This document shows positions 8,262 to 18,140 of a DNA stretch of 64,000 bases, piece after piece. Origin of the DNA: Eubacteriales bacterium. Lineage in GTDB: Bacteria > Bacillota > Clostridia > Eubacteriales > Anaerofustaceae. The notes below the pieces were generated by a model that saw only the letters and a list, made by a program, of their open reading frames with translations, ran no database searches and was not told the origin of the DNA. The stretch lies in assembly GCA_024685545.1 (NCBI GenBank), contig JAIKVR010000009.1, forward strand, positions 19,828 through 83,827, in the 5' to 3' direction. How positions within the stretch are numbered: position 1 is the first letter of the stretch; each line of letters begins with the position of its first letter. The position numbers were made by a program, and so were the translations under genes.

Positions 8262-9761
8262 ATGGATCTTGAAACAGCCAAAAAAGATTTCCGGGACGTC
8301 GTGGAGAAACTCCACGCATTCCAGCACGCCATGGGCATCATGGAGTATGATGCACTGACCACAGCGCCTTCTGATTCCGCTGAAGGCAGAGGCAAATCGA
8401 TGGGTATACTCTCCCGCTATACCTATGACCTAACGGCCGGAGAGAAGACCCAGCAGGCAGTCGCATATTTGAAAGAACACCTGGACGAACTGGACGAGCT
8501 CACTGCCAGGGAAGTGACTGAATTCGACAAAAGGAATGAATACACAAGGAGCATCCCTGCAGACGAGTACGTGCGCTACCGCATGTTGCTCAACGACGCT
8601 GACGCCGTGTGGCACAAGGCTAAGGAGAACAGCGACTTCGCGTCCTTCGAGCCTCTCCTTCAGGAGATTTTTGATTCCAACAAGCGTTTCGCCACATACT
8701 ACAAGCCCGATGAGGATCCGTACGATGTTCTGCTCGACAGATACGAAAAGGGTATGAACAAAGAGATGCTGGACAAGTTCTTCTCAGGATTGAGAGAAAA
8801 GATCGTTCCGCTGATCAAGCAGATCGCTGAAAAAGAACAGATCGATTCCGATTTTGTCAATCTCCCCTACCCCATCGACAAGCAGAAGGAGTTCTCGTCC
8901 TACCTTATGGACGTGATCGGGATCGACAAGACCCACTGCATTATTGGCGAGACCGAACATCCCTTCACTACAGGATTCAACAGAAAGGACGTCCGCATCA
9001 CCACACATTACCACCTGAATGATTTTACCCGTTCGATGTATTCGGTGATCCATGAAGGAGGCCACGCTCTATATGAACTTCACTCAGGAGCGAAATACGA
9101 CGGTACTGCGATAGCCGGGGGCAGCTCGATGAGCATCCATGAAAGCCAGTCCCGTTTCTATGAGAACCTGATCGGACGAAGCAGAGAGTTTATCGGATAT
9201 ATCTTCCCTAAGCTCCGCGAGATATTCCCAGAACAGACAGCAGGACACACAGCAGAGGACTTTTACAGGGCAATAAACAAAAGCGAGCCCTCTCTCATAA
9301 GGATTTACGCAGACGAGCTGACATATCCGCTGCATATCATGGTGCGCTACGAGATCGAGAAAGCGGTGATGTCCGGAAAGGCTGAAGTAAAGGATCTGCC
9401 GGAGCTCTGGAATGAAAAGATGAAGGAATACCTCGGAGTAGATGTACCGGATGACAGGAACGGCGTTCTGCAGGATTCACACTGGTCTGGAGGCAGCATC
9501 GGTTACTTTCCATCATACGCACTGGGCTCCGCATACGGCGCACAGATGCTCTACCATATGAAGAAAGACTTTGACGTGGCTGCAGATGTGGCAAAGGGAG
9601 ATATTTCCAGAGTGACAGGGTGGCTGACGGAACGCATCTATCAGCACTGCCGCATGTACGATCCCGGAGATCTGCTGAAGATGGCCTGCGGTGAAGAATT
9701 CGACCCCCATTACTTCACCGATTACCTTACGGAAAAATATACCGACCTGTATGACCTTTAA
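8262..9761 (+). CDS. carboxypeptidase M32 (Taq-type metallocarboxypeptidase)
   Basis: Zinc motif HEGGHALYE plus the family motifs HPF, DVRITT, IHESQSRF, IRIYADE and GVLQDSHWS. AGGAGG SD. Confidence 0.9.
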   Translation: MDLETAKKDFRDVVEKLHAFQHAMGIMEYDALTTAPSDSAEGRGKSMGILSRYTYDLTAGEKTQQAVAYLKEHLDELDELTAREVTEFDKRNEYTRSIPADEYVRYRMLLNDADAVWHKAKENSDFASFEPLLQEIFDSNKRFATYYKPDEDPYDVLLDRYEKGMNKEMLDKFFSGLREKIVPLIKQIAEKEQIDSDFVNLPYPIDKQKEFSSYLMDVIGIDKTHCIIGETEHPFTTGFNRKDVRITTHYHLNDFTRSMYSVIHEGGHALYELHSGAKYDGTAIAGGSSMSIHESQSRFYENLIGRSREFIGYIFPKLREIFPEQTAGHTAEDFYRAINKSEPSLIRIYADELTYPLHIMVRYEIEKAVMSGKAEVKDLPELWNEKMKEYLGVDVPDDRNGVLQDSHWSGGSIGYFPSYALGSAYGAQMLYHMKKDFDVAADVAKGDISRVTGWLTERIYQHCRMYDPGDLLKMACGEEFDPHYFTDYLTEKYTDLYDL

Positions 9762-9775
9762 GTTAGCAAAAAAGC

Positions 9776-9803
9776 TTGCTTAGTCATAGAAAAGTGATAT
9801 AAT
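9776..9803 (+). promoter_or_regulatory. promoter of rpsO
   Basis: TTGCTT (9776-9781), a 16-nt spacer, then extended -10 TGaTATAAT (9795-9803). Confidence 0.5.
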
Positions 9804-9885
9804 CTTTAAGCTACCCTGACTTGATTCTGCGCTCCTCCAGCGCGTGTCCGGTCAGCGGCGAATATCTATCCACACAGGAGGAAAC

Positions 9886-10143
9886 ATGATCGATAGACAG
9901 CAGATTGCCGAAAAATACGGCAAGCATGAAGGAGACACAGGCTCCCCCGAGGTCCAGGTAGCTATCCTGACAGCCAGGATCAACCTGCTCAACGGGCACC
10001 TGAAGAAGAATCCCAAGGACAACCATTCCAGAATGGGACTTCTCAAAATGGTCGGAAAAAGGAGAAGGCTTCTCAACTATCTGATGAAACAGGACATCGA
10101 AGCCTACCGTAAGCTCATCGAATCGCTGGGACTCAGAAAGTAG
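9886..10143 (+). CDS. rpsO: 30S ribosomal protein S15
   Basis: [66 protein letters not shown]... is a canonical S15. The ATG at 9886 follows GGAGG (9877-9881). Confidence 0.95.
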   Translation: MIDRQQIAEKYGKHEGDTGSPEVQVAILTARINLLNGHLKKNPKDNHSRMGLLKMVGKRRRLLNYLMKQDIEAYRKLIESLGLRK

Positions 10144-10217
10144 TTTCGATAATTGTACCTGCATCATAGCAGGAGACAGTAAACCTTTCCGGCAGAATTC
10201 AAAAATGTGTTTAAAGA

Positions 10218-10250
10218 AACGGCGCAACTTCAGTTGCGCCGTTCTCTATT
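10218..10250. terminator. bidirectional intrinsic terminator between convergent rpsO and the LtaS-family gene
   Basis: Stem AACGGCGCAAC/GTTGCGCCGTT (10218-10228 and 10233-10243) with loop TTCA. Both flanks are T-rich (TTTCTTT on the minus side). Confidence 0.7.
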
Positions 10251-10329
10251 GTATGTATTTCCCAAATAATGAAACAGATGAATCCAATAACGGATGCGAT
10301 CGCCTTATTAGCATTTTCCGCCCCTGCTG

Positions 10330-12483
10330 TCATCTCAACACCGGAAAGAATACTCCATTGCGGTTCTTTTCGTCAAAAATACAGTTGTACTGCAGTATCT
10401 CGTACATATTCAGCCACTTTGCTTCAACTTCATCCGCTTCATCAAAATCCAGATAACAACTTGTTACCAGCGAGTAGAAACCGTTTGCGTTGATGGCAGG
10501 AATAACGGTTTCCATCTCAGAGAGGAATTGGTTATACGGCGGAAGACTGATCCCAGCGACATCATAAACATACGTGGACAGGAAATTCAGGCTGACACAA
10601 TCGATATATTCCTCTTCTATTTCATAGTTAGCCCAGATAAAAAACGGAACCTTGTATCTTTTCTGCCGTTCATCCAAGGAATCATCCTGCACCGCACCGA
10701 CAGCCTCGTAAAAGGATTCATCTATTTTGGGCTGGTGATCCCCGAAGAATACAATCACGACATCATCATCCACATTCTCAAAGTACGAAATCAAATACTG
10801 TACTGCCTTGTCGCTTTCATGGATCAGCGACAGATACTGTTCGACATCAGGGAATTCGTCATAATCAACGAGTGAAACAGATTGGGTATAATTACTGCCA
10901 GCATATTTGTAGCCGCCGTGATTCTGCATGGTGACACCAAAAATGAATAATGGATTCTCTTTTTCCGACTCGTATTCTTTAATCAGAAATTCAATCATCT
11001 CCTGATCGCTCACATATTTGCGGACCAGATTCTCTTTTGGAAAATCATCCACAAAATAACACTTGTCGAAACCTAGTTTTGAATAGGCAGCAGGACGGTC
11101 CCATCCACTGGACAGAAATGGATGCATAGCGATACATCTGTAATTATAGCGTGACTTCAAATAGCTGACCATAGAATAGGTGGAAGAGTGCATATACTGT
11201 TGGTATGGAACAGCATTCGGAGAAAGCCATGCCATAGAATTGCCGGTAAGGAATTCGTATTCCGAATTTGCCGTATTTCCCCCATAAACCGAGACCAGAG
11301 CATATCCAGAAACGGCGTTCTTCCTTAGTGAGGATACAAATGGGATTACCTCAGTATCGGTAGAAAAATCACCTAGCACGCTCAGGTCCGAAAAAGCCTC
11401 GTCCACAATGACGAAAATATGGGGACATTTCTTAACATCCAAGGCATCTTCATCCTGAAGGCATCGGTCTGCAAGCTCAGCTATGAATTCCGTGCTATAG
11501 CCATCCGGCTCATTCGCGAAAATCTCTTTGAACTTGGTCACAAAATCCAAAACATAACCATCGAACTTTGCGCCTTCCTTATGCCAATGATATGTTTTGA
11601 GGTCGGATGCATAAAGAAAAACAGCAACGCAGCTTACGGTGCAGAACACCAAAAGTACAAGTCGCTTCCTGATTGGCAGCCTGGATACGTCTATGCACCG
11701 CAAACTATACAGCACAATCATTATGACTGCCAGAATACTCCATCCTATTATGACGTGGTATGGGACAGGGAAAAGACTGTAATTCTCGATGACATTGGCT
11801 ACAGTGCTTGCTGAAAACAGGTCGCCCGGTTCGAACAGGTGGCTCCTGAATTTAAATACGTACACGTTGACAGTCGAAATCAGCATAAACAAGCCTACTC
11901 CTATTCCGATTGAAGGTCTTATCTTTCCAGTTATACAGAACAGGAACAGGATGACAGTCCACACGATCAGCACGCCGTACATGAAATTTACTATCCCCAT
12001 GGAAAATGCCTTAACTTCAATCATAACCTGCGCTAATACAACAGTGATAACAGCAGCCAAGAGACCGAAAAGGATGCTTCCACCGTAACTGTAAATTTTT
12101 AAGGCATCATCAAGAACCTTTACGATTCTAATTAAGACCAAATAGGAGAAATAAAAAGCAGAAATTGCTAGGACGACCGAACCGACAAGAAGCATTGTTT
12201 TAACAGACATATGCAGGAAGGCGGCAATGGAACACAATTTCCGGAAATGCAACCACCGATTGAAAAAAACCACACCTAAATAAGCGAGTATAATTACAAC
12301 TGCCGGTATCAAACCATATCGTTTATTCTTGGATAAATCATTGTATTTTCCTTTATAAACGATCAAGCCAGTACCAAGCATAAACAGCGATGCAACAACA
12401 TAGGCACCCAGTCTATTATGCGGTGTCAATAACACCAACAGCGAACCGAAGGAAATAATATCTAATAATAACTGGAACATCAT
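10330..12483 (-). CDS. LTA synthase family protein (polytopic membrane domain plus sulfatase-type domain)
   Basis: 717 aa. A ~330-aa N-terminal region has many hydrophobic helices. The C-terminal alkaline-phosphatase/sulfatase-type domain carries FVIVDEAFSD, GGNTANSEYEFLTG and FFGDHQP. SD AGGGGA. Confidence 0.85.
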   Translation of the reverse strand: MMFQLLLDIISFGSLLVLLTPHNRLGAYVVASLFMLGTGLIVYKGKYNDLSKNKRYGLIPAVVIILAYLGVVFFNRWLHFRKLCSIAAFLHMSVKTMLLVGSVVLAISAFYFSYLVLIRIVKVLDDALKIYSYGGSILFGLLAAVITVVLAQVMIEVKAFSMGIVNFMYGVLIVWTVILFLFCITGKIRPSIGIGVGLFMLISTVNVYVFKFRSHLFEPGDLFSASTVANVIENYSLFPVPYHVIIGWSILAVIMIVLYSLRCIDVSRLPIRKRLVLLVFCTVSCVAVFLYASDLKTYHWHKEGAKFDGYVLDFVTKFKEIFANEPDGYSTEFIAELADRCLQDEDALDVKKCPHIFVIVDEAFSDLSVLGDFSTDTEVIPFVSSLRKNAVSGYALVSVYGGNTANSEYEFLTGNSMAWLSPNAVPYQQYMHSSTYSMVSYLKSRYNYRCIAMHPFLSSGWDRPAAYSKLGFDKCYFVDDFPKENLVRKYVSDQEMIEFLIKEYESEKENPLFIFGVTMQNHGGYKYAGSNYTQSVSLVDYDEFPDVEQYLSLIHESDKAVQYLISYFENVDDDVVIVFFGDHQPKIDESFYEAVGAVQDDSLDERQKRYKVPFFIWANYEIEEEYIDCVSLNFLSTYVYDVAGISLPPYNQFLSEMETVIPAINANGFYSLVTSCYLDFDEADEVEAKWLNMYEILQYNCIFDEKNRNGVFFPVLR

Positions 12484-12930
12484 TTTCCCCTATATTCATC
12501 TTTACGACATGATCATTTAAAAACTATAATGAATAATATTATGCCATTTCTTCCAATCAAAATCCACAGTTTTCCGCGACAGATCATCATCTTCATAGTG
12601 TGATCTGCTTTATCAGCACGATTCCGTCTAAAAGCTCGGTATTATTACGGAGACAGCCCTGCCTTTCAACGGGACGCAGGCGTTCCCATTTTACCAGACG
12701 CAAATAATGTCTTTCGCATGAGAAGAGAGGATATCATTGTCCTGTGATGTCCTGTCCTGTTGCAGCACTCCACATAGCTCTTTTACTCTTTATATGTGAT
12801 TAATTAGCGGAGAATTCTTCATAAAACAGTATATTAGTGGTAATATTGACGAGTATATATATTTGCTTAAAAGTTGCCCGTATTCAGGTTACGGAAGCCT
12901 CTTTTTAGGTAATCACGGAGGAAAAACAGA

Positions 12931-15120
12931 TTGAAACAAGTATTTAGAACCGACCTTGCGGGAAGACCGCTTGTGGTCGAGACAGGAGAGCTGGCACAGC
13001 TGTGTAACGGAAGTCTGCTGATCTCTTACGGAGATACGAGCGTTCTGGTCACCGCATGTATGTCCAAGACAGCCAGGGAAGGACAGGACTTCTTCCCATT
13101 GACGGTAAACTATGAGGAAAAGCTTTATGCAGCAGGCAAGATCCCCGGAGGGTTCCTCAAAAGGGAGGGCAGAGCCAGCGACAACGCCACACTCAACGCA
13201 CGTCTGATCGACAGAGCCATCCGCCCGCTTTTCGACAAAGGCTTCAGAAACGAAGTCCAGGTCGTGTGCACGATTATGAGCGTGGAATACGACAACCTGC
13301 CGCAGATAGCCGGACTGATCGGTTCATCCATCGCCCTTTGCATATCAGATATTCCTTTCGACGGCCCTGTCGCGGGCGTTAACGTAGGCATGGTAGACGG
13401 TGAATTCGTTCTTATGCCCACCAGTGCACAGAAGGAACAGAGTGTACTGAACCTCACGGTTGCCGGAACTAAAGACGCGGTTCTCATGCTGGAAGCCGGT
13501 GCAAACGAAGTCAGCGAAGATACGATGGTCAAAGCTATCTTCTTTGCTCATGAAGCGATTAAAAAGATCATCGAATTCGAAGAAGAAATCATCGCGGTGG
13601 TCAATAAACCGAAGGCAGAGCTGAAATATTACCGTCCCAGTGAGGAACTGGCGGAAGCAATGCACGACGAGGCAGCAGAGCTGTTTGAAAAGGCACTACA
13701 CGAGCCTGATAAAAAAGCGCGCACAGACACCATCGACGAAGTCAAAGACATACTGAACGAAAAATACTCCGTTCTGTTCCCTGATAACGTCATCGATATA
13801 AACGAGATTGCGGAAAAAATACTGAGGGAACTCGTCAGGAAGCAGATAAATGACGAAGGATTCCGCCCGGACGGACGAACCCCCGAGGAGATCCGCCCAA
13901 TTTCCTGCGAGGTAGGCAAATTGAAGAGGGTCCACGGCTGCGGACTGTTTACCAGAGGCCAGACTCAGGTAATGTCATCACTTACTCTGGGAACTCTGAA
14001 AGAGGATCAGCTTTTGGACGGTCTTACAGAAGAGACCAACAAGAGATTCATACATCATTACAACTTCCCGCCCTTCTCCACAGGTGAGACCGGAGCCTTC
14101 CGTAGTGCAGGCAGAAGGGAGATCGGGCACGGCGCACTAGGGGAGAGAGCACTTCAGCCAGTCATACCTTCCACTGAAGAATTCCCCTATACGATAAGGA
14201 TCGTATCCGAAGTCCTGAGTTCAAACGGTTCCTCTTCCCAGGCTTCGATATGCGGAAGCACCCTGGCGCTAATGGACGCCGGTGTCCCTATTAAGGCACC
14301 TGTGGCGGGAATAGCCATGGGACTGGTAAAGACTGACGAGAAAGTCACCGTGCTCAGCGACATCATGGGAATGGAAGACTTTTACGGAGATATGGATTTC
14401 AAGGTCGCGGGAACAGCGAAAGGCATCACCGCTATCCAGATGGATATCAAGATACACGGCATCGATGCTGACATTCTTACGACAGCCCTGGAAAGAGCAC
14501 GGGAAGGCCGGCTTTATATCCTGGACAAGATGCTCGCAGTTATCGACAAACCCAGAGCCGAGCTCTCCGAATATGCACCGAGGATTACGACCATCACCAT
14601 TCCTGTGGACAAGATCAGGGAAGTTATCGGAAGCGGCGGCAAGGTCATCAACGAGATAATAGCCGAGACCGGAGCGACCATCGATATTGAAGACGACGGT
14701 ACGGTATACGTTGCGTCTTCCGATGCCAAGGCAGCTGCCAAGGCTGTGGAGATGATCGAGAACATAGTGCGGGATATAGAAGTTGGAATGGTATTCACCG
14801 GTAAAGTGACCAGGATACTGCCTATTGGGGCTATGGTAATGATGCCCAACGGTAAGGAAGGACTGGTTCACATCTCCAAGCTCGCAAACGAGAGAGTTGA
14901 AAAGGTGGAAGATGTGGTCAAAGTCGGCGACGAGATAGAGGTCAAGGCAGTCGAAATTGACAAACAGGGCAGAATCAATCTCTCTCGCAAGGCTCTGCTC
15001 CCACAGAAGGCCGGAGTTTCAGCAGATGAAAAGCCAAGGAAAAACAACGTCAACGGGAACCGAAACGACAGCAGAAACAATAACGGCAGAGGAAATACAG
15101 GCAATAAAGGAAATGAATAA
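12931..15120 (+). CDS. pnp: polyribonucleotide nucleotidyltransferase (PNPase)
   Basis: 729 aa with two RNase PH domains, then KH and S1 domains ([29 protein letters not shown]). TTG start with GGAGG 9 nt upstream. The C-terminal tail is rich in Asn/Gly/Arg. Confidence 0.95.
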   Translation: MKQVFRTDLAGRPLVVETGELAQLCNGSLLISYGDTSVLVTACMSKTAREGQDFFPLTVNYEEKLYAAGKIPGGFLKREGRASDNATLNARLIDRAIRPLFDKGFRNEVQVVCTIMSVEYDNLPQIAGLIGSSIALCISDIPFDGPVAGVNVGMVDGEFVLMPTSAQKEQSVLNLTVAGTKDAVLMLEAGANEVSEDTMVKAIFFAHEAIKKIIEFEEEIIAVVNKPKAELKYYRPSEELAEAMHDEAAELFEKALHEPDKKARTDTIDEVKDILNEKYSVLFPDNVIDINEIAEKILRELVRKQINDEGFRPDGRTPEEIRPISCEVGKLKRVHGCGLFTRGQTQVMSSLTLGTLKEDQLLDGLTEETNKRFIHHYNFPPFSTGETGAFRSAGRREIGHGALGERALQPVIPSTEEFPYTIRIVSEVLSSNGSSSQASICGSTLALMDAGVPIKAPVAGIAMGLVKTDEKVTVLSDIMGMEDFYGDMDFKVAGTAKGITAIQMDIKIHGIDADILTTALERAREGRLYILDKMLAVIDKPRAELSEYAPRITTITIPVDKIREVIGSGGKVINEIIAETGATIDIEDDGTVYVASSDAKAAAKAVEMIENIVRDIEVGMVFTGKVTRILPIGAMVMMPNGKEGLVHISKLANERVEKVEDVVKVGDEIEVKAVEIDKQGRINLSRKALLPQKAGVSADEKPRKNNVNGNRNDSRNNNGRGNTGNKGNE

Positions 15121-15556
15121 CACTTCGGTGGGGATAGTGAATCTGTCCCCCTACCCCGCCCCCTCATATGCCACCCCAGGCTCTTCGGGGGTCGATCTGA
15201 GGGCCAACATCACAGGTGAGATTGTAATAAATCCGAGTGAAATAACAGCCATTCCAACAGGTATCTTTATAGAGATGCAGGAAGGCATAGAAGCGCAGAT
15301 ACGCTCAAGAAGCGGCATGACACTGAAGCACGGCATTGTCGTTGCCAACGGTATCGGCACCATAGACAGCGACTACCGTGGTGAAATCAGCGTGATCATG
15401 ACGAATATCTCGAATGAGCCTTACACGGTCTCTCCGGGAGAAAAGATCGCCCAAATGGTATTCTGTGAATACGTTAAGGCTGAGTTTACTACCAAAGAAA
15501 CCCTGGACGAGACTGAACGAGGGACCAGAGGTTTCGGTCATACGGGAGACCGATAG
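15113..15556 (+). CDS. dut: dUTP diphosphatase
   Basis: Motifs [22 protein letters not shown] and [13 protein letters not shown] 15113 overlaps the pnp stop (ATGAATAA). The long upstream extension in the ORF track lies inside pnp. Confidence 0.85.
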   Translation: MNNTSVGIVNLSPYPAPSYATPGSSGVDLRANITGEIVINPSEITAIPTGIFIEMQEGIEAQIRSRSGMTLKHGIVVANGIGTIDSDYRGEISVIMTNISNEPYTVSPGEKIAQMVFCEYVKAEFTTKETLDETERGTRGFGHTGDR

Positions 15557-15584
15557 CTTATTTAAAGGAATAATAACTCAAAGT

Positions 15585-15640
15585 ATGGCGGAAATATGCT
15601 TTGCCGAAAAACGAGGAAGGCTTTCCGCCATGTTTCTGCT
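15585..15640 (+). terminator. putative terminator after pnp-dut
   Basis: A 10-bp stem ATGGCGGAAA/TTTCCGCCAT (15585-15594 and 15622-15631) has a large loop and is followed by GTTTCTGCT. The U-tract is weak. Confidence 0.4.
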
Positions 15641-15717
15641 CAAATGATTCCGACAAGGCAATGGAACATCGGAAGAAACAACTTATCTACTGACAAACAA
15701 TACTGAGGGAACTGAAA

Positions 15718-16710
15718 ATGAAATCCATAGTACAGAAATACGGCGGCACGAGCGTAAATACTGCAGAGAAGAGAGCAATGATCGCAAAAAAAGCCAGGGA
15801 TGTCCTTGCACAGGGGATATTACCTGTAATTGTCGTCTCCGCGATGGGGCGCTACCCGTCTCCCTATGCCACAGACTCTCTTTTCTCGATCATAGAGAAA
15901 GAGAAGGCGGACAAACGTTCTTCAGATCTGCTCATCTCGTGCGGGGAAGTGATATCTACAGTCGTGGTAAGCGAGGATCTCAAAGCAAAAGGGATTGACG
16001 CCTATCCGATAACCGGCTTTCAGGCAGGGATTATTACCGACGACAACTTCGGCAACGCCGAAATAATAAGGATCGACACTTCCAGACTGGAAGAATTACT
16101 GAGCCAAGGGAAAGTGCCCGTCGTGGCAGGATTCCAGGGAACGAACGAAAGCGGTGAGATTCTTACTCTGGGCAGAGGCGGCAGCGATACCACTGCAGCA
16201 GCCCTCGGCAGGTATCTAAGCTCTGAAGCCGTGGAGATATACACAGACGTGGATGGCGTGTTCAGTGCGGACCCTAACAGCGTTGAAGGGACCAGACTTC
16301 TCGAACAACTCAGCTATGACGATGTACTCGCCATGGCCAGTGCCGGAGCGAAGGTCCTGCATCCAAGAGCCGTAACGCATGCAAAGCAGGGACAGGTTCC
16401 ACTCTGCGTGATGAATACTGCAAAGGAGAGGAGCGCCTCTCATACAATCATAGGTTCGGAAACGATATCGGATATACCATTCCTCGGAATTTCCAAAGCC
16501 GAAGAGGGAAGCATGACCAGGATAACTTTGTTCGTGCTCCCAGATGCATCGGAAGAAAGCAGTCTAATAGCTTCCACTATCGAAAAAAACGGCATTTCGG
16601 CTGCCGATGTCAGGATAGACGGGATCGCATATTCATTTCTGACTGACAACGCTGGTGGGGCAGACGCTGTCGCCATGCTGCATAAGACAATGATGGAATA
16701 CTACCTTTAA
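15718..16710 (+). CDS. aspartate kinase (short form, reduced regulatory region)
   Basis: Amino-acid-kinase fold with KYGGTSV, VVSAMG, GRGGSDTTAAAL, IYTDVDGVFSADP and VLHPRAV. Only about 85 aa follow the catalytic domain. Confidence 0.8.
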   Translation: MKSIVQKYGGTSVNTAEKRAMIAKKARDVLAQGILPVIVVSAMGRYPSPYATDSLFSIIEKEKADKRSSDLLISCGEVISTVVVSEDLKAKGIDAYPITGFQAGIITDDNFGNAEIIRIDTSRLEELLSQGKVPVVAGFQGTNESGEILTLGRGGSDTTAAALGRYLSSEAVEIYTDVDGVFSADPNSVEGTRLLEQLSYDDVLAMASAGAKVLHPRAVTHAKQGQVPLCVMNTAKERSASHTIIGSETISDIPFLGISKAEEGSMTRITLFVLPDASEESSLIASTIEKNGISAADVRIDGIAYSFLTDNAGGADAVAMLHKTMMEYYL

Positions 16711-16936
16711 TTCTGACACAGGGAAAACAGTCATCAAAAAAAGACTCTATATTATTCAGAAATGGCCTGAACTTCAAATTCATGCCATTTCTTTTTCTCA
16801 GCTGAATGAGTCTTTTCAGGCCATGGCTGCTATGCATTCTCTGAAGGCATTTTTCATTGTTTCAATAAGAAGTCTTGCCTTGTTCCTGACAGTATATACA
16901 TAGCGACATTGTTTATTTCGAACTGCCACGCTTATC

Positions 16937-16964
16937 AAAAGGCCTCCTCTGAAAAGAGGAGACC
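16937..16964 (-). terminator. putative terminator after the DUF523 gene
   Basis: On the minus strand: GGTCTCCTCT-TTTC-AGAGGAGGCC (one mismatch) followed by TTTTGATAAG. Confidence 0.5.
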
Positions 16965-16984
16965 CTACAAACCTGTAAAGACTG

Positions 16985-17425
16985 TCAGTCAGGGATATCT
17001 TCATCGCTGAGAACGCATATTCCCTCTTTCCGGAATATTTCCGCTGCTATCCCGCTTCCTTGGATCTTTACTGAGGAAAACGTTCCGTCATAAATACGGT
17101 GGACACCGCAGGAAGGACTGTTCTCCTTCAATATGCATTCCTTAGCACCGAATGAGCGGATCGCTTCCAGTTCCTTTTCAGCACCTTTATAGTATTCATC
17201 CGTATACTCAATCCCATCGGAGGAATATACGCGACGAACCCCGTCTGTCACCCTGATCTCGCATGGCATGCGAGGAACCGGAAGGCCTCCGCTACACTCG
17301 GGACAGACAGTGATATACTCCTTATCTTCCAGATATTTAAGGACCTTTGCGCTCAGATTGTTTTCACCGGAATACTTGCAGTTGGCTCCAACCAGACATG
17401 CGGAGACCGCTGTCTTTTTTTTCAT
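16985..17425 (-). CDS. DUF523 domain-containing protein (TudS/YbbK-like)
   Basis: MKKKTAVSACLVGANCKYSG...CPECSGGLPVPR...SPSCG shows the Cys pattern of DUF523. The ATG at 17425 follows GGGAGGG. Confidence 0.8.
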   Translation of the reverse strand: MKKKTAVSACLVGANCKYSGENNLSAKVLKYLEDKEYITVCPECSGGLPVPRMPCEIRVTDGVRRVYSSDGIEYTDEYYKGAEKELEAIRSFGAKECILKENSPSCGVHRIYDGTFSSVKIQGSGIAAEIFRKEGICVLSDEDIPD

Positions 17426-17479
17426 GTTCCCTCCCCCCAAAAAAAAACTTCCGCTTGGATTCAAGCGGAAGATGAAAGA

Positions 17480-17659
17480 TCATCTCTTGTTTCTCTTCTT
17501 TCTTGCAGCTTCAGATTTTTTCTTCAATCTGACGCTGGGCTTTTCGTAATGCTCCCTCTTTCTGATCTCGGCCATGATGCCTGCCAATGCAGTCTTCTTT
17601 TTGAACCTTTTGAGAGCGCTTTCCAGAGATTCTCCTTCACGCACTTTGACTTCAGACAC
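17480..17659 (-). CDS. rpsU: 30S ribosomal protein S21
   Basis: (M)[61 protein letters not shown] 17659 is preferred because the SD AGAGGGGG ends 9 nt upstream; the track's start at 17668 abuts the SD. Confidence 0.9.
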   Translation of the reverse strand: MSEVKVREGESLESALKRFKKKTALAGIMAEIRKREHYEKPSVRLKKKSEAARKKRNKR

Positions 17660-17711
17660 TTTCAACACCCCCTCTGCATTGGTTTAGCCCTTCTTAGAAG
17701 AAGGACAATTA

Positions 17712-17739
17712 ATTATATCAAACGTTGAAGTTAAGTCAA
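17712..17739 (-). promoter_or_regulatory. promoter of rpsU
   Basis: On the minus strand: TTGACT (17739-17734), a 16-nt spacer, then extended -10 TGaTATAAT (TATAAT at 17717-17712). Confidence 0.5.
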
Positions 17740-17764
17740 TGAATAATTAAAGATATTTAACTTT

Positions 17765-18106
17765 TCAGCCCGCGGGCCATGTCAGGACACGTCCGCCCAT
17801 AAGATGAAAATGCAGATGCTTGACAGACTGCCCGGCATCCTCACCGCAGTTGGTGATGACCCTGAAGCCTGTTTTGTCCACGCCGCATTTTTCAGCAACG
17901 ATCCTGACGGCTTCATTGATTTTTCCCATAATATCATCGTCTGCGGGTACAGATAGAACATTATCGTAATGTTTCTTGGGAATAATTAGCACATGCACAG
18001 GTGCCTGAGGATCGATATCCTTGAAAACAAGAACATATTCATCCTCATATACCTTATCAGAAGGGATCTCACCCGCCACGATCCTGCAGAATAAACAATC
18101 GTCCAT
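17765..18106 (-). CDS. HIT family (histidine triad) protein
   Basis: MDDCLFCRIVAGEIPS...HLHFHLMGG. ATG 18106 with GAGGTG upstream. The track's longer N-terminus is not family-like. Confidence 0.85.
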   Translation of the reverse strand: MDDCLFCRIVAGEIPSDKVYEDEYVLVFKDIDPQAPVHVLIIPKKHYDNVLSVPADDDIMGKINEAVRIVAEKCGVDKTGFRVITNCGEDAGQSVKHLHFHLMGGRVLTWPAG

Positions 18107-18140
18107 AATCCACCTCATTTTCGGTTTATAACCTATTTTA

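Noticed and set aside
16762-16824. A 10-bp inverted repeat ATGGCCTGAA...TTCAGGCCAT downstream of the aspartate kinase gene, as a possible terminator or sRNA.
   Set aside because: The loop is 43 nt, no U-tract follows, and I saw no flanking promoter. It is too weak to call.
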